Positions 46,064-49,087 of a stretch of DNA of 49,087 nt are shown here, piece by piece. This stretch comes from Octopus bimaculoides (lineage: Eukaryota). Made by a program: the position numbers and the translations under genes. The stretch spans positions 2,644,744-2,693,830 of the forward strand of contig NC_068986.1 in the NCBI RefSeq assembly GCF_001194135.2, in the 5' to 3' direction. Under the pieces are notes generated by a model. It was not told the DNA's origin and did not search any database. It worked only from the letters and a program-made list of their open reading frames with translations. How positions within the stretch are numbered: position 1 is the first letter of the stretch; the number at the start of each line of letters is the position of its first letter.

Positions 46064-46890
46064 CTGAAGTGTTCTGCGTTGCTGATATCCGCAGCCCCCT
46101 TCACACATCTGAAGTGTTCTGGTGTTGCTAGCATTTGTCTGATAGCTGGAGTGTTCTGGTGTATTCAGATATTCTGCTGTGGGAACTTGCTGACAGTGTG
46201 TGCTGTTCTGACCATAGAACATTCAGTGGAAGCTGAAACAATTGTGGTGAAGCTGCAACTCCTGGATGGGTTCTTGCATGGTTGCATCTCTTGATTGGCA
46301 GCTAATGTAGTATGGTATAGTCTCAGGACCTGTCATACATATATATGTCTGCCTCACAGCTGGAAATTTTTGGTGTAGTCAACTGCTATATTACTTGACT
46401 CAGCTGAAATATTCTGGTATCACCCGCCTAACAGCCTCGTGTATTCTGGTGTAGTCACGTTGTGTCAAGATGCTAAGTGTTCTGATGTAATCAGAATATG
46501 TGATGCACAGCCTGAAGTATTCTGGTGTAGTGAATGCATGTTGCACTGCTTGAGGTATTCCAGTGTAGTTAATGCATGTCAAACAGACTGTAATGGTCAG
46601 GTGTGCCCATAACAAGGGACATGGTTTGAAGTTGTTTTGGTCTAGTCACAGTTACCTGGTATCTGCATCAAGTCACTGTACTTGATGCAGCTTGATGTGT
46701 TTCCAATGTAAAATGCTAAAGTGTTTTTTATGTCCTGGCAGCATCTTGTATGCTGTCTCTATTTTGACAATATAGTTGCAGTTCGTAATGCATAAAGCTT
46801 AAAGCGTTCCAACACAGAGATTTGCTTAAACACTTCAGATGTTGTCACAAAGCATCCGACGCAATAAATGAAGTATTCTGAAGTAATAAT
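46064..46890. repeat. Degenerate minisatellite-like array with core TGAAGTRTTCTGGTGT
   Basis: Core at about 46065, 46110, 46147, 46405, 46437, 46473, 46513 and 46551; spacing 32-45 bp within each cluster. Confidence 0.6.
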
Positions 46891-49087
46891 CATCACAAGG
46901 GTTATTAAAATAGGTACCAGTGATATTCAGAGAATTGGTTCACTTGACTTTGTCCCTTCTCCTGAAAGAGTCAATTCACTTAGTCAAATTATATCAATGC
47001 CTATGTATTTCCTGCCTATATTCTAAGGTCAGTCTACTTCCATTTGTTGTGGTAACAAACTAATGACTTTATTACCATAGCAACTGTATCTTTTTAATGT
47101 TTTGTTTAACTGTTTTGATAACTGTTTTCTATCACCTTAAGTAATAACATCATCATCATCTTAGAACCAACCAACGCTGCCTTGTAGAGTTTATTTCTTT
47201 ACTTTGTACTTATTTGATAATGTCTAATGACTCAACCATTTCTTTTATGATCATGTTTGTAATTTTTGCATCAGTTTTATATTTTTTTACCATCATTTTC
47301 TCTCTCCCCCCACACACTAAATCAGTCAGCTACATCACTTTTCTGCTAGTCATAAATAATATGGCTGTATGGGTTAGAAGATCACTTTGCATCTATGTGG
47401 TTTCATGTTCAATCTTACATTGAAACACATTGGGCAAGTGTCTCTCGCCATAGCCATGAGTCAACCAAAGTGCTGTGAGTAGAATTTGGTAGACAGAAAC
47501 TGAGTGGAAACCCATTTGAGGGACTGTGCTGTTCTTGGGTTGAGCCTTAATCTATCTGTTGGTTTAACACTACCACCTGGCCCATAGATGCTTTTAGCAA
47601 AGTCCACTCTGTCATAAGCATTCAGTCCAGATGTTAGTCTGAGGGTAACATCTTCCCCGTCAGTCTTGAAGGCCCTGAAAAACGTCATGGGAGCTGCCCT
47701 TCCTCCGTTGACTAAATCATAAAAAATATATGTTTATTTGGATCTGAATCCTACCAATAAACTATGTGGTGGCTACACTTACAGAAACATGTATGTGGGT
47801 TTCTTCATACGCTCACACATATGCTACCATATGAAAGCACATGCTAACAGATCCATGTGTGGGTTTATTCCACACTCGTTTCACACAATGTGAAGACATT
47901 TATTTCATGTAGAGGTGATACATACATTCACATATTACATATGTGAATATGTGTTACATACATACATACATACATACATAATACACAACATTATTCAGCT
48001 ACATATACATATTGTTCATTCACACACACAAACATGCAGGCACAATATATAACAGTGTACACACACACACACCATGCATGCATGCATTCACACATCAAAT
48101 GCAACATATGCTGATTATATAAAAAAAAGAAAATGTTGCTCCAACTTGGCTACATCCATAATTTAAACAAACTAAAAAAAAAAAATGCAAAGAACTAAAG
48201 AACCTTACCTTCTTCTTTGGTAATAATCAATGGTACTTTCTCTCTTCAACTATTACAAACTATTGTAACAGCAACGGCTGTCTCAGAAATACACTTAGTG
48301 ACATTTGTTGCTCTTGGTGTTTTCCTCGTAGCTCTTCTAAGCTCCTGACTTGGACATTGAGTACTTTCAAGCTTCCTGGTTTATCTGGTTGAAGTTTTTT
48401 TTTTTTTTTTCTTTCATTCAAATTGACCTCTATTATTATTATGATTATTACAGACAGCAATTGAATGGCACAAGCTGTAGAGCTCCAGACAAAATACCTG
48501 TGGTATTTAGCTCAGTTCTGAGTTAAAATTTTGTCTTTCGTCCCTCTAGACATGGGGCAAGGCAATAGGGAACGCTCCAGTTATATGCAGAAAGTCAGTT
48601 CAATTGACAGTGTACCGATCCCCATAAATGTTCGACTTCGTGCCACTGTAAGAAATCATTGCTGAAGATCGAGTCTTTGAATTCTATTGAACCACATTTC
48701 CAGCACTAATATATATATATTCATTCCCTGTCAAGCCTTCTTTTAACAACAGTTGGCTTCATTGAAGAAAGAACAGGGTATTTTTTTTTAAATAATACAT
48801 GCACACACACACACACACACACACACATGCATATTAATGCTGGAAAATGAAGACAGCAAGTGTAAGGTATGAGCCCACCTCAGCCTTCTGTTCTTCAGAT
48901 ATTACTTTGTAAAACCAATAATGAATTTTTTTTAATATGACAAAACAAGATATTCACCAAAATTTATTAATAAAACAAAAGAATCTATAATTGACAAATG
49001 AATGCAGGGGAAAACATTTTTTGAAAGTTATTTTTAAGATTATTTTTAAAGAATCACCTCTCCCCCTCTGTTCTTGTTTTGGAAATA

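Noticed and set aside
48209-48460. Minus-strand coding exon ending at the donor at 48209
   Set aside because: All three frames contain stops between the nearest AG and the donor, and the acceptor lacks a pyrimidine tract; at most a non-coding exon.
1-49087. CRISPR arrays, rRNA or prokaryotic operons
   Set aside because: The sequence is eukaryotic with spliceosomal introns; no repeat-spacer array or rRNA similarity was seen.

Overview
AT-rich, microsatellite- and SINE-dense animal DNA with several N gaps. The repeat families look cephalopod (Octopus-like), which is inference from recalled repeats, not a search. There are two + strand protein-coding genes. (1) 663-15905: a 5'-incomplete gene whose five phase-compatible exons encode at least 3396 aa with 13 nuclear-receptor-type C4 zinc-finger DNA-binding domains (DBDs). 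Nine DBDs lie in one 8793-bp exon and one lies in each of four small exons. Twelve have non-canonical, all-different P-boxes; only the last is canonical (CEGCKG, RAR-like). The protein also has AT-hooks and coiled coils, and no ligand-binding domain is visible. This is the most unusual object in the window. (2) 21322-45237: an intact 13-exon selenocysteine lyase (SCLY, 446 aa). Non-coding highlights: an insertion with a 12-bp target-site duplication (TSD) in SCLY intron 11 carrying two inverted minimal hammerhead ribozymes around a tRNA-derived Pol III head; an LTR remnant with a tRNA-Trp primer-binding site and CATA TSD; a U2 snRNA pseudogene; Penelope, RTE and CR1-like fragments; several MITEs and SINEs.
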